Assembly: GCF_006345805.1 (NCBI RefSeq)
Contig: NC_043011.1
Location: 8,990,001-9,054,000 of the forward strand
Reading direction: 5' to 3'
Length of the DNA: 64,000 bases
DNA from: Octopus sinensis
Taxonomy: Eukaryota
Shown: one piece after another, positions 13,895 to 27,905 of the stretch
Layout: each line of letters starts with the position of its first letter
Position numbering within the stretch: position 1 is the first letter of the stretch
Position numbers and translations under genes: made by a program
The notes under the pieces: generated by a model
What the model saw: only the letters and a program-made list of their open reading frames with translations
Told to the model about the DNA's origin: nothing
Databases searched by the model: none

Positions 13895-15036
13895 ATATAC
13901 ATACATACATACATACATACATAGGTATATTTAAGATATATACGTATACATAAACACATACACATTATAGATATACACACACACATACACAGAATGTGTG
14001 TGTATATATACTATTTATTTTGTTTTATTTATTATTATCATTTGATTTTATAATAAATTTTGTTTAATTTTAAAATTTTGTTTATTATATTTGTTTATTA
14101 TATAAATTTTGTTAATTATATATTTAAATTATCAAAATTTATATATTTCAATTTTTGATAACAGATTTTTTTTCGGCGACAAAACATTTGTTGAAAATTA
14201 ATTTCGACTGCGCAAAATAAAACCTGGTCAGAAAATCACAGGAAAAGATCCTCTCATTGGTCAGTTTCACACTGAGATCTTTCACAATACAGCTTTAGGC
14301 TTATATGACAGAGGTAATACCTCTGCTTCCAGAATAATCTCTGGTGTAGTAAAAGTCAGAAAGCAAAGTCTGCTATTGACTGACCTGAAAGTTCCAGATA
14401 AGCTCATAAGAGAACGTCTTAAATTCCATTTTAGCCAGAACGCCATAAACGGTGGCACCAATATACATACGAATATATAGATGGCACTGCAGACACGTCT
14501 GTGACTGCACTTAACATATTTGGTAGAACCTAAGGGGGAATCTCTATTTGGTCGTTCGACCTGCTAAAAATAACAACCGAATCTTCTTCTCATCATAGAT
14601 TTAAAATAAGGACAAATCAAATGATGTAATTTGGGGGAAGGTACACAATATCTAAGAAAGAAAATGTTGTGATCGTCATGGCTGGAACGGTTTTGATCAT
14701 AGGTTTGTTCAGTCACGGCTGATCTGGGTCAACAACGACCCCAACAATAGGGCCACTCCTTATTTGGTGAAATTCGTTTATAAACTCTGTCATATCTGTA
14801 ACTCTCTACATTGGTGTCTCGAGTTGCTTTATTGCCTAAACATAAGGAGTACCTGTTGTAAGAAATAGACGCATCTGATTGAGGATCCGTTATGAAAATC
14901 AATATTAGGGGTCAATATGATCGATTATATCCTCCCACAGAAGGTGGTGTCCTTGCATTGTCCGATAGTCTGATGACTGAATCAAACAAGAGAAAGAATC
15001 TATGTCTGTACGTACACACACACACACACACACACA

Positions 15037-15085
<49 letters not shown>

Positions 15086-15299
15086 GTTATATCAATAGCA
15101 GTCTACGAGTACTGAAGCTTAATAAAACTGACAATCTAAGAGTACGATGCCCCAGCATGGCCGTCGTAATATAATAAAAGAATGTAAGATTTGTGTCTTT
15201 CTAAAGACCATTTACTGCCTCAGGGAAACGAAACGGTAACAAGTGGGAATCGAAACTAGATCCCAAGCCATTTAGTTTAGTGGAACTACCGTAAGGGTG

Positions 15300-16200
15300 A
15301 CAACAGACCGTATTATTGCAAAAGTGAAGCTAAAATCATTTCTTTCCTGTAGAACAGTCGGTAAGGAGCCGTACAAGGTGTTCTATTTATTATATCTACT
15401 TCGATACATCGCCGTTCAAACTTTCAATCCCGATTAAGTCCAATTAAGGTTTCGCCCTTCCCAAGTCCGTAAAATAGGTTACGTTAGCTATCATGTAACG
15501 AGGACCTTAAAGATTAGTAAGACATGTTAATCAACTTGCTATTTTAATGGGTTCAGTGAAGGTACCATTGTTTAACTGAATGAGCTGTTTATTTGGTTTA
15601 TATACCCAGGTGGGGTACGATTTAGTAAGGGTACTTTTATATAAGGTTTCATGTTCGTTGGGGCTTATGCATTGATCCCAAAGCTCCTAACACCAATCAA
15701 AAGCCACCCCAGGGTACTTTTATTTTCTCTTGAACTTCTACATAATGCCCCAACAATCCAATAGAATCGCTACACATTGTTTAATTAATTCTCGTGTACC
15801 AAATAAGGTCAACCAAAGAACTGATTCTTTTGTTTGTTTTGGATTTTTATGCAGTGACAGTTGCATTCACCTGCTACTGCACATAGATGTTTGACAAAAG
15901 AAACGTTTGGAATAAAGACCCTTACTCTTAATTTCTTTATATCTAACGGGTGTCAATGACAGAAACAGGTGATTACCAGATTAAAAAGGTTTAGAGTATT
16001 TTGTCTAGGTTCCATTAGACTTGTCAAGGAATTTAACTGAACAGAGATCGATAAATACCAGGGTTGGTTCAATCAACTTATCCCTCCTTCGTCAAGTTTT
16101 TCTTTGAAAAGATTTATTGAAATATTCAGTCTTCAATCCCATAACTCAGTTCTTAGTTATTCTATTTTAATGTTTTGCGAGAAAAGGTATGAGAGGAGGA
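15300..16200 (-). mobile_element. Possible highly decayed Penelope-like RT remnant
   Basis: Frameshifted peptides loosely resemble PLE RT motifs (PPLxP..., INRTPCTA ~ VYRKPTxTG). Confidence 0.25.
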
Positions 16201-17576
16201 GTTAAGGGTCACAGGATGAAGTTCAAAGGCGAGAAGTCCCCTAGGGTCCTATTAAGTTAAACTAACCCTACCAGGGTTACCTGTTAACCCAGTCTAAACT
16301 TTATGTCACGTGTTGAGAACAATGAAATACAGAGCTGCTACTGCTGCTGCTACTGCTGCTGCTACTGTGGTTGCTGCTGTTGTTTAGCCCTCGGTCAGCC
16401 GTGGTTAAACAGATCAGAGCAACACTGGTTAAACAAACAAAACTGATTTAATAGTTTCCAGTCACGTCTTTATTTTTCAAACTCATTGTCTCCACCTACC
16501 CCGCCCCCAAACCATTTTAGAATGTGATACGAAGGATAATCGACTGTTGTTTCTAGCAGGCCGTGCGACCGTATAAAGGCACGAGGGTGAGAGAAGGGAG
16601 GTTCCGAGCGAACTTCTGAATGTTCTGGCAGGAAACAGAATGGAGTCGATTAATCAGCATAAATTAGAATTAGCTTAAATATTAAAGGGTCGCAAGAAAG
16701 ATAGTGGGGTAAGTGGAGGGGGGGCGTGTGTGCACATATATGGGTTTTGTGTGTGTGTGTGTTTGTACATATATATGAGCATAAAGGCTATATTAGTTGA
16801 AACGGTTGACAACTCTCATTCGCAACGTATTTTTTTCTGGCAGTAATTTTTTTGAATATTAAAAGTTTCCACCCTGAAATACTACCCCTGCCCCCCCTAC
16901 CCCTGCACTACATAAATTCCAGGTACAGAAATGACAGGACAACGTGGAGAAGCAGAATATTTACACCTGGGAATATGGTTACAAACGAATCCAAAAGACT
17001 AAGTCTTCGATAACACAGTGCTTAAAACGATGATTATGATGAGGTGAGGGAGGGAGAAGAGGAAGAAGAGGTTTTACATCGCTCTCAGTGCCACATATTT
17101 TGAGGGTGGGGTTCATTGTCTTGGTAAACGAAAGAAGAGGAATTTAAATTCAGAAGATAAAGGCATGTAACTGAACACCATAAGATGTTTTGTCCGGTAC
17201 TCTAGGTTTCCTGTCATCCAACACCATGAAATAATTATTATACTATTAATTATTGTAATTAATTAATTATATTAATAATCATGTTATTAGTTTCTAACAT
17301 TAACTAATAATTCTATTTACCCTAAATAACAATTTCTAAAATAATGATCACTGTAAATATGAAATGGGTGATTTGAGGAAAATTTAGCTGTTAGTTCTAG
17401 CAGGTAAAGATCTACATAGGGACATCTTCACATGAAGATTCAGCTGCGATAAGTACAAATCTAGAAAGCCCAGTGCAGGGCAATACTTTGAGCTATCTTT
17501 CCTGCTTCTCATTTCAAAATGACATACCCCCGCGTTGAATGAAGGAATGAATGAATACCCGGGTACAAACTGTTAC

Positions 17577-17609
<33 letters not shown>

Positions 17610-17758
17610 AAGAAAACGTGTGTGTGCGTGTGTGTTGAAGAGAAACTAAAGTCTACATGCATGTAAAGAATCGAATATATTTTTGTTTGCCTTTGCGACA
17701 CAATACACATGCATATGCGTGCGCGCGCGTTTATATATAATATATATATAGTATATAT

Positions 17759-17793
<35 letters not shown>

Positions 17794-17983
17794 TATATTA
17801 TATATGTATGTATATATATGTATGCATGTATGTATGTAGTTATATATATATATATATTATATATATATATATAATATATATATATATATACATACATATT
17901 ATATATATATAATATAACATACATATATATATATATATATATATACAGAACATTATATATATATATATATATATATTATATAC

Positions 17984-18059
<76 letters not shown>

Positions 18060-18600
18060 ATATAGACATATATATATATAGTATATATATATATTATATA
18101 TATATATTATATATGTATTATATATATATATAGAGAGAGAGAGATAAATGTATGTATTTATATTATAGTAAAAATTCATTACTTTTCCATATCTCTTTGT
18201 CGCTTTATGCATACATGCATATGTATAAATGTATATAGATATGGTGTGTGTGTGTGTGTTTATCTATATGTGTGTGTGTGTGTTATATATTATATATACA
18301 TATATATTATACATACCCATACACACATATATAATATATAATATAATGAAATTATCGTATACAGTGCTCAGGTGCACCACGTATATATGTATGTATTGAA
18401 AATTAAGAGGAAGATATTAAGATTTATTTTAAAAAAGCTAATAGAAACTAAGAAAAAAATTATACTAAAATGAAATAAATGAAGAATAGAAAAGAAAACG
18501 AGAATAAAAGACTGGGAGAATAGAAGAATGAAAGAATGAAGTACTTCTTGATCCGTGTTCGTTAGTGTAAACGTATATATATATATATTGTTGCTCTTAC

Positions 18601-18715
18601 CTTAGGTTGAATGTACAACGAAGAGAAGGAGAATAAAAAGTTCCAAAGTCTGGAATAAAGCTACAGACAACCAGCAAATCTGACGACTAGCAAGTCAACT
18701 CAACTTCTAGAGAGC
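18601..18715 (-). other. Probable non-coding first exon of the myosin RLC gene
   Basis: Minus strand ends ...cattcaacctAAG|GTAAGAg, a strong donor at 18600/18601. The preceding non-repetitive sequence has no ATG and lies just downstream of a promoter-like motif cluster. The 5' boundary is approximate and the link to the RLC gene is inferred. Confidence 0.5.
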
Positions 18716-18737
18716 TGGGTGTCGGGTAGGAGAGTCA

Positions 18738-18792
18738 TTTATTCGACAGACCACGCCCACCGTGACGTCATCGCCCTCACCACCATATCAGG
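18738..18792 (-). promoter_or_regulatory. Putative RLC promoter: TATA-like GAATAAA (18738-18744, minus), KLF/Sp box CCACGCCC (18751-18758), perfect CRE TGACGTCA (18763-18770), CArG-like CCATATCAGG (18783-18792)
   Basis: Four motifs read directly within 55 bp of unique sequence, in the expected order upstream of the candidate first exon. Function is inferred. Confidence 0.45.
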
Positions 18793-19576
18793 AAAGGTGG
18801 AATGGGCAAAAGAACCGTTTCCCCACCTACCACCCACCTACCCATCATCTCACCTTCCTACCTACCTACCTACCTACCTACCTATCTACTTAGCTACCCG
18901 ACAGAAGTACCTGCCTATCTTACTACTCTACTACCCGTATGTTCGTACCTGCAGCCATCCCGTAGCAGAACTGTTCAACACCAACCGGTACCTTGGGTTG
19001 GGAAAGAAAGAAGTAAATGTGGCTAAAGGGTGGGGGGGGGCATGATGGTGATGATGATGATGGTGGTGGTAGTGGAGATGCTGGTGGTAGTAACTGGTGG
19101 AGATGGTAGCTGTTGTTGTTGTTGTTGTTCGTGGTGGTGGTGGTGGTGGTGGCGGTGGTTCGTTGCGAATACAATATTGATACATGGATGCTGATGAAAA
19201 TGGTAGTGGTGGTAGTGGTGGTGGTTGTGGTGGTGGTGGTGGGGAGGCAGAGCTGCTTGTGGTGGTGGTGGTGAAAGTAATATTGGTGGTAGTGAGAGTA
19301 GTAGTGATGGTAGTGATAGTTGCACTAGAGGCGGTGATGGTCATAGTTGGATGTGTGTGTGTGTGTGTGTGTGTAAGGAAAGCTTGGTATCAGTTTTCAC
19401 GTCTACCTTACTTTATTTTCTTCATTCTAAACATGTGTTTGGGATGAGAAAGATCTATGAGGTTTCGATTTCACTCACATACTTATGGATAGATGTGTGT
19501 GTAGCACGCACACACACATACACACCACATATGCATACATACAAAAATATATTATATAATATATATATTGTGTGTG

Positions 19577-19626
<50 letters not shown>

Positions 19627-19632
19627 AATATA

Positions 19633-19672
<40 letters not shown>

Positions 19673-19926
19673 TATATGTAATCAGAATAGACTTAAGTAC
19701 ATATATGCACACAACACACACACACACACACACACATATATGTATGTGTGTGTGGGTGTGTGTGGTGTGTGTGTGTTCATAGATAATTCATAAGCAACAG
19801 CACAGCATATACACACATGAATATGAGTCTATATTTATATATATCTATATACATATGCATATATATCTACCCCGCCCCATATATATATATATATATGGGA
19901 AGAGAGAGAGAGAGAGACAGAGAGAC

Positions 19927-19957
<31 letters not shown>

Positions 19958-20566
19958 CTCATACACAAACATGTGTGTGCGTATGTGTGTGTATCTGCAA
20001 TTATCACTCAGCCTCAAAGCATCTTTTGTCTTCATCTCCTTATCCTCTCTAATCGTCTCGAGATCATCCTCACACGGCCCCCACCCCAACCAGTATCCAA
20101 CCTCTTCCTTCCTTCCACTGAGAGAAGCCATTTATAAATTATTCCTAGCAGTTTTGCTCAAATGATGGAGAATCTGCCCCGGAGTAAGGACGACCCTCGA
20201 ACCACCGGCGATTCCCGTAGGGAGAAACATAGTTCCTCTATTTTGTGGTATATTAATCTGCCGCAATCTAAATAAACCTAGCAAACCCACTCAATCTACA
20301 ATTATCATATCATAAATTTATATAGTTTTATTACTCCAAACCACCACGAGGTATGTATATCACACATCCACCCTCCTACATAGGGTTTCGTGTTGGACCT
20401 TTTGGCTTGAATCAGTTCTTAGCTAAGGAACAACTTCAGTCTTGTGGTCATTCAGTTTCAAGGCGAATTTTGTGGATGGATCGTCAAAAGCATCCACCAA
20501 GCTCTCTATGTCCTCCGTACCATAACAGACAACGCTACAATCGTCATGAGACATCCCTATCTCCAC

Positions 20567-20597
<31 letters not shown>

Positions 20598-20619
20598 TCC
20601 CCTCTATCTCCCCCTCTCT

Positions 20620-22130
20620 CTCTCTTTGACATGTATGGTCTTGGTTTTAGTCTTGAAGTACACCATGAACAGATCTTGTCTTGTTCCAAACAGACAAAAT
20701 CTGACGCTAAACTTGTTGCATGGAATCGAGGTGAATGTCTTCCCGGTTATTGGCGCAATCACACATCCTTCTTCTTCGACTACCATTACATCATCAAACT
20801 GCGAAAGCTGGGCTTTCATTCTGTCACCTCATCCATCATTCAAGTTTTTAGCAGTTTCTAATTTACATATGACCTTTTTCCAGCTATTCAAACTTCCTGA
20901 GTTTCTGTTACCTGAGACCTGACCGTTGTACAATGGCGAATGACTTCATGAAGCCAAGAAGTCAAGTATTTCTCGTTTAACCTCGTACATTGTCGAGCTG
21001 CTTCTTTTCACACCATTGAACCTTCATCTTGCAACTATACCGAGGAAGTCTCTAAATTTAGCTGAGCTTGGTCGAATGTTGGAAGTTCGGAGAGATTTCT
21101 ATCCAGCTTAGTTGTGTTGTCCCCAACAGAAAAACAAGGACCGAACCCTTACAAACAAACACGTCTTAATGTTGCCATGCAGGCCCAACATAGTTTTAAC
21201 CGTGTCATACTAATGTGAACGAGATCACTCTGGCCTGCAAACTGTCTTGATTTTCTTGTTGTGCTTCCCATGATTCCAGAGCCTTACCAATATCTCATTC
21301 CTCAATGACTTAACATTTCTATCTGTCATTCTTTGTTGCCTTTTAGATGAGTTTGGGATTTCTAATTCTCTTTCATTCAGAGATTATTGGGAAGACTGTC
21401 TTCGGTCGAAATATTTGGTGGTCTGTAGATGTCCCCTCCATCTTATTAAGACATGAGGTGTGTACATCCCTTCTGGCCTAATGCCTACTTGTGATGGGCC
21501 TAGAAAATGCCAATATTTCGAATGCAGATGCATTCAGGTCACCGTTCTTCCTTAGATTCCCACGATGATTTTGGTAATGTTAATGCAATATTCGAAAAAT
21601 GGAAGAGAGGGAAAATTCCTCATTAGTATTGTACTTTCCCATATCCTGTTTCCCAGTAACACCAGACCCCTTCGCTGCTTCTTGTCCATCGCTGATATTC
21701 AAACCCTTCATTAGTTTCATCTTGTCTCTCTGGGATACCCTAAAAATGGTCAAAACACGTTTTTTGCACGGCCGCGGTTTGTAATCGTAGGAGCTTAAGC
21801 ATTAATCAAGCTATAACACAGCATCCTTTTTTAATAGGGACTCATAAAGTCATTATCCAATCGCGAAACGGCCGGTTTTGGAATCTAGTTTGTCCAAAGG
21901 GCAATTGTTTTGGTGTGAGGTGAGTTTGGCAAAGCCAATTCCAGACAGACGTCTTGGCTTTGTTGATTCACCACCACCCCCACTCAAAAGGTATGTGTAA
22001 TCCGTAACCAGGCTTTTGTTAAATTCCTCTTGTAATGGTCCTATCTGACTATGAAGGCGAAATACGTTTCTATTATATTTCATACACTGAAGCACGTCCA
22101 CGAAAAACAGGAAAATCTACATTTATTACA
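20620..22130 (-). mobile_element. Decayed RTE-clade LINE, APE endonuclease region
   Basis: Minus-strand fragments appear in RTE order with many stops: TYLLSG...RRLSGIGFA, LINA*APTITN, GVTGKQDMGKYNTN, MHLHSKYWHFL, TDHQIF. These match RTE motifs YTFFWSG..GVGFA, ISAYAPT, GKHGIGKCNSN, MHPRSKHWHLL, TDHxL. Confidence 0.75.
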
Positions 22131-22171
22131 ATGAAGGGCCATGGTTTATTCTCCACGCCTCATTCACTTTA

Positions 22172-22243
<72 letters not shown>

Positions 22244-22272
22244 GTCTATCTGTCTGTCTGTCTATCCGTCTG

Positions 22273-22343
<71 letters not shown>

Positions 22344-23244
22344 GTTTGTCTCTCTCTCTCTCTCCCTCTCTCTCTCCCTCTCCTCTGCCAATATATATAT
22401 AAATATATATATATAGACACACACGCTCACACGTACACACACACACACACACCACACACACATACACAGAAGCACACACGTACACACGCCTCCATTCACA
22501 CACATTTATATACACATGCAGATAGGCAGGTATATCATATTATTGCATTCTTACACGAGAATGCCTACCTTAATAAAACTGAGAATATAGAGAAGCGGGT
22601 GGGGCGGGGTGGCGCAGTTGCGTGGTTCTATATTTACTGGTCCTCGTTCTTCAATGGTAAATGTTGCAGCAATACACCACTGGTAGAATTCCCAGAAACT
22701 CACACAGAGAATAAGGGCACAAGAGTGGCGACTGCTAAATATAAACTACCAACCAACCCACCCCACCTACCTAGCTACCCACCCACCCACCTACCTACCA
22801 CCTTACTTACCTACCACCCCACCTACCTCAGCATGGTGTTTCAGATTCGTTGGTTGCAATCAACGTTTCAACGTGTGTGTGTGAGAGTGAGTGTATATGT
22901 GTGTATATATGTGTGTGTGTGTGTGTGTGTGTGCGTTTGTGTACACATACAAACACACGCACGCACACACATACACACACGAGTACCACGAGACTAACCT
23001 CGAGTGCGTGAAGACTACTTTGGTACTGTGCACGAAATACATCATTCAATCACACATATACACACATGTACAATATATATATATATATATACATACGTAC
23101 ATACATCACACAGACACACATATTTACATATATATATATATAGATATATATATATATATATATAATATATATGTATATATATATATATATACGTTTAAAT
23201 ATTTGTTGTGCAGATTTTTTATGTGAAGTCGTGTGTTGAAACAG

Positions 23245-23543
23245 ATATTGTATATTTCGGAATGGTCATATTGCCAGTTTAGCCAATAAAAACACACGCA
23301 CTATATATTTGGTGTTATTTTGCTTCAGTGTTATTATTTTTACATAATCTTAATCTTATTTTGGCCAGAGTTCTTTCGCAACAAAGGACCACTGATGCGG
23401 TCAAGGAGTGTGACGAAAGAACTCTGGCCAAAATAAGATTAAGATTAATGTAAAAATAAATAACACTGAAGCAAAATAACACCATAATATATAGTGCGTG
23501 TGTTTTTATTGGCTAAACTGGCAATATGACCATTCCGAAATAT

Positions 23544-23551
<8 letters not shown>
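23245..23551. repeat. Foldback (about 134-bp inverted arms, 35-bp spacer) containing a hammerhead-like motif at 23386-23429 (+)
   Basis: 23245-23378 is the near-perfect reverse complement of 23414-23551. The spacer plus right arm reads cca-CTGATGC-g-GTCA-aggagtg-TGAC-GAAA-gaac-TC-tgg. Confidence 0.85.
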
Positions 23552-23579
<28 letters not shown>

Positions 23580-23852
23580 CTGTATGATTATATATATTCA
23601 TATATATGTGTAGACATATATTAATAACAGATACGTATGCATGCGTGTATGTGTATATATGTGTATATATACGTGTGTGTGTGTGTATGTATATATATAT
23701 ACATATATATAGAAAGTTAAAGAAGTGATTTTTAAAATTCTCAAACGCAGGATAATGCTAATGATATAGCCTGAACAGGATAAACTACCCCTATTTTGCA
23801 GAAACAAGTGTTGGCGGCCAGCTATATATATATGTATAATATATACTTATAC

Positions 23853-23924
<72 letters not shown>

Positions 23925-24629
23925 TTGTATAAAATCTAGAAGCAGTACTCAGCAGATCTTCAACCTTTGCACCTTCGTAATGAAAGGTCTCCGACACCAA
24001 AAATAACCACATCGTATCTAAGAAGGTGTTTAATAGAGCTTTATCTCAATCAACTGCAGTGGGCCACCCTGGGCCAGTGTGGAACACTCTGAGTCACAAT
24101 GGTTCGCAGTGGGCATTTTCTGGACCTTAATGAAGAAATTCAACATGGGGACAGAAAAGGATTTGTACTTTTCAACAGCTTTACGTAATGGTAACCTGTG
24201 CGCTATTCATGCAACGTTCCATCGGAGAAGGGTCTCGGCGAAGGAACCCGGCAGGGCTGCCTCATTTCCCCAATTCTCTGTAATATCTTCAAGGAGCATC
24301 TTAATTAGAGACTCCACAAAATCTGCGATAATTAACGAAAACATGAACAAATGCCGACGGTACCTGTGCAACAAATGTCACTGTTGAAGGAGAGAAACTA
24401 AAGAAAGTGCAGCAGTTCAAATAGTTTGGAAGCCATGGTTAATGGTAACGGGTCAAGGTCTTAAGTCCTTACAAGAACCACATAGACAATCCCGGCACTA
24501 AACAAATTCAAACTGATATGAAGAGATAGCAGCATCAATATGACCACCACCACCAACAACAACAACAACGACAACAACAACAACAACAACAACAGCAGCA
24601 GCAGCAGCAGCAGCAGCAGACTCCCGCAT

Positions 24630-26078
24630 TCCCTTCTAATTTCCATCTTCCTGCTGTGATGTGGGTCCATCTGGCATCTCTGTTAAAAATTTGTCCAGAC
24701 GTTCTTTAAATATTCCCACATCTACACTTCATATATCTCTGAGGTTGTTCGCAGGAATGTTGAATAGTTGTGGAGCCCTGAATCCCAAGCTGTTAAGGTA
24801 CTGGGTCCTTTTCCGAGATGGAGAAGTCGGAGTCTTTAGCACTATGCAGTGTCGCTCAATTCAGATCTTTCAGTTCCAAAGTTGGGAGCTCAACCTTCCA
24901 GGATCGTCCATATATGAATCACTGCATGTCCTTCACGCCTTCTCTCAAGAGGGAAGAGCGAAGAGCTTCCGTTTATGTAGCCTTTCCCAGGATCTCATCT
25001 GTTTCACCAAATCAATCTTATGTGTGTTGTGGCGCTGGATTGCCTCAAGTTTCCTTACCCGTTTGAGGCTCTGTGGTCACCACAGTTGGCAGCAGTAATC
25101 CGAACGACTGAGAGCAAAAATTCTGCAAAAGAGTAGCGTGATAACTCTTTTTCTGGTTCTGAATGATCTCAGAATCCATCCAGCTGCTCACCCGCACACT
25201 GTTGCCATCTTCATGATATTCACATGGAAAGTTGCATCGTTGCTCATGTGGATTCCCTGGTCACGCACCGACTCTGACTCTGAGATTGCACTATTCGCTG
25301 GCCCTGTGCATTCCGACTGTTGTCTGCTTTGGGTCCGATAGTGGACTGCTTAAAACCTCTCAGCATTGAACTGCATGTTATTTTCATCGACCCATATGTA
25401 TATTGCTGTTCTTTTTCGTATGTCATGAGAGTCCTTGGCCACCTGCGATACTTTTGAATCGTCAGCATAGCTGGTGACAGTGTGGCTGGACTTATGGCTG
25501 AGGGTGTGCCTGAGAGAGCCACCACAAACAATATTAGTCCCAGGACAGTTCCTTGAGGGAGTCCACTGCGAATTGATGTTTCCCCAGTGAGAAAACAATT
25601 GGCTGCAACTGTCTGACTTTCAAAAAGTAATGCAGCCATCTTCTCAGTTTTCCTGTGATACCAAGATCACGCAGTTTATGACGTATCATCACATGATCAA
25701 CTTTGTCAAAGACCTTGGCAAAGCCGGGATACATCACATGCACATTTGAGTGGCTGAGCAGCTGTTTCAGTACCCACTCATAATGCTGTAGTAGCTGTGT
25801 GAAGCAGATCCACCCCGGTCGAAAGCCATGTTGTGTGTTTGTGAGGAAGTTATTTTCTTCCAGGAACGTTATCAGACAGTTCCATAACCTTGGTAACGAA
25901 GTCGCAGAGATAGGCCTGTAATGTTTAGCATCTGCTCTGCTTCCTCCTTTATGGACAGGACATAGGATCCCTTCCTTGAATAGTTTGGGAAGTTTACAAC
26001 TGGCAAGGAAACTCCGAAAAAGTACCAGCAGGGCTTTGGCGAAAGCTTTCTTGCCTGTCTTTAAAAGAACAGCTGGAA
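24630..26078 (-). mobile_element. 5'-truncated, decayed CR1-clade LINE (RT and C-terminus)
   Basis: Peptides in order: KHYRPIS, QHGFRPG, FAKVFDKVDH, GLPQGTVLG, SYADDSKV, ENNMQFN, and terminal NSLGFRAPQLFN...FKERLDKFLTEMPDGP. Contains frameshifts and stops. Confidence 0.88.
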
Positions 26079-26129
26079 ATCTACATACGTAGATACATAC
26101 ATACATACATACATACATACATACATACA

Positions 26130-26165
<36 letters not shown>

Positions 26166-26429
26166 CATACATACATACATACATACATACATACATACAT
26201 ACATACATACATACATACATACACTCACATATATATCTACAGGTTTGTTGGTGCCAATACACGAAACTCTCGGATCTTGAGTCACTCCGTTGCTTTTGCT
26301 AAATATTAATATATGTATATGTATATGTATATATATATGTATATATATATAAATAATATAATATATATATAATATATGTATGTATGTATGTATATATATA
26401 TATATATACACTTTACTCTTTTACTCTTT

Positions 26430-26792
26430 TACTTGTTTCAGTCATTTGACTGCGGCCATGCTGGAGCACCGCCTTTAATCGAGAAAATCGACCCCGGGAC
26501 TTATTCTTTTGTAAGCCCAGTACTTATTCTATCGGTCTCTTTTGCCGAACCGCTAAGTGACGGGGACATAACACACCAGCATCGGTTGTCAAGCAATGCT
26601 TGGGGGACAAACACAACACATATATATATATACATATATACGACGGGCTTCTTTCATTTCCGTCTACGAATCCACTCACAAGGCTTGGTCGGGCCCGAGG
26701 CTATAGTAGAAGACACTTGCCCAAGGTGCCACGCAGTGGGACTGAACCCGGAACCATGTGGTTGGTAAACAAGCTACTTACCACACAACCAC
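26430..26792 (-). mobile_element. tRNA-derived SINE, family A (bipartite with internal microsatellite)
   Basis: Minus strand has the head GGCGCAGGAGTGG.TGTGTGGTAAG...GGTTCAGTCCCACTGCGTGGCACCTTGGGCAAG. Near-identical copies at about 62600-63022 and 50205-51128 (split by an insertion); partial copies at about 35870, 50010 and 63250. Confidence 0.85.
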
Positions 26793-26937
26793 TCCTGCGC
26801 CTATATAATGTGTATATAATATATATATTATAATATATATTTGATATAGAATGGTAAGACAACAAAAGAATGAAAGAGACCTCGATATTATGTAAATAGA
26901 AGAATTTATCTGTAAATATAATATGTGACAATTGTTT

Positions 26938-27008
26938 GGTAGCCATGATGAAACTCCGAGCTTCGGATGTCGGGGCGGAAACCCACGCCGCCATCTCTTC
27001 AGTTACCG
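26938..27008 (-). ncRNA. Mutated hammerhead motif (second copy of the 36699-36771 family; GAAA>GAAG)
   Basis: Minus strand reads CTGAAGA-GATG...CATC-c-GAAG-CTCGGAG-TT. It is homologous to the 36.7-kb copy. Confidence 0.6.
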
Positions 27009-27869
27009 GGGAATGTATGTATGTATGTATGTATGTATATATGTATGTATATATGTATTGAAATTTTAAGTTGTGTCCTGACATATATCTTGATTCTTCA
27101 AACTTCAAATTACAAAGTCTAAATCAGAATGATCTTGAAATAACTCAGGAACTATTTGAACAGAAATCGCTCGACGGAATTACAGTTCTTACAGCTGAAG
27201 GAAATAGTTCTGAAAGTTTTCCAAATAGTTAACAAATGTAGAATTGCATAACCAAGAGCGATGCGGCTAAACGAGAATAATTTAGATTGTATAAAAGACT
27301 GCAGACATTTGGTCTTCTGACGCCAACGCTACAAAGAACTGCGTCGAAGAAATAAGGTGGAATTGTTAATTTGTATATAATTCTAGTGGAATATAATAAT
27401 ATACACAAACACAACACACTCATACTGCGCACGCGCGCCTTTAATGGAGGACTAAAGAAAAAAGTTGACTTCGGTGAGATTTGAAATCGAGATCCAAAGG
27501 TTCATAATTAAATTCTGAGCAGTGTTTTGTTCGACCCACCAACAATGCTGCCAATCCGTTGCAAAACTAGTAATTCTTTCTATTCTCGGTACAAAGCCGG
27601 AAATTTTGAGGAGTTGGGCAGGATAGTCGATTGCATGGATCCCAGTGTCCCACTGAGAATTAATTTATCGACCTCGGAGGATCTTGAACTCATAACGTAA
27701 ACACGAACGAAAGGCTGCTAAGCATTTTGTCCAGAGTGAACATAATTCTAACCGCTCGCCAAAGCAATTTGCCCGGTGTGTTGACGATTCTGCCAGCTCG
27801 CTGCCTTCACTGCAACAACAACAACGACTACGTCGATGATGATGGTGTTGGTGGTGGTGGTGGTGGTGG

Positions 27870-27905
<36 letters not shown>

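Noticed and set aside
18680-18710. CTGACGA-CTAG motif in the candidate first exon region
   Set aside because: No GAAA or stem III follows, so it is not a ribozyme.
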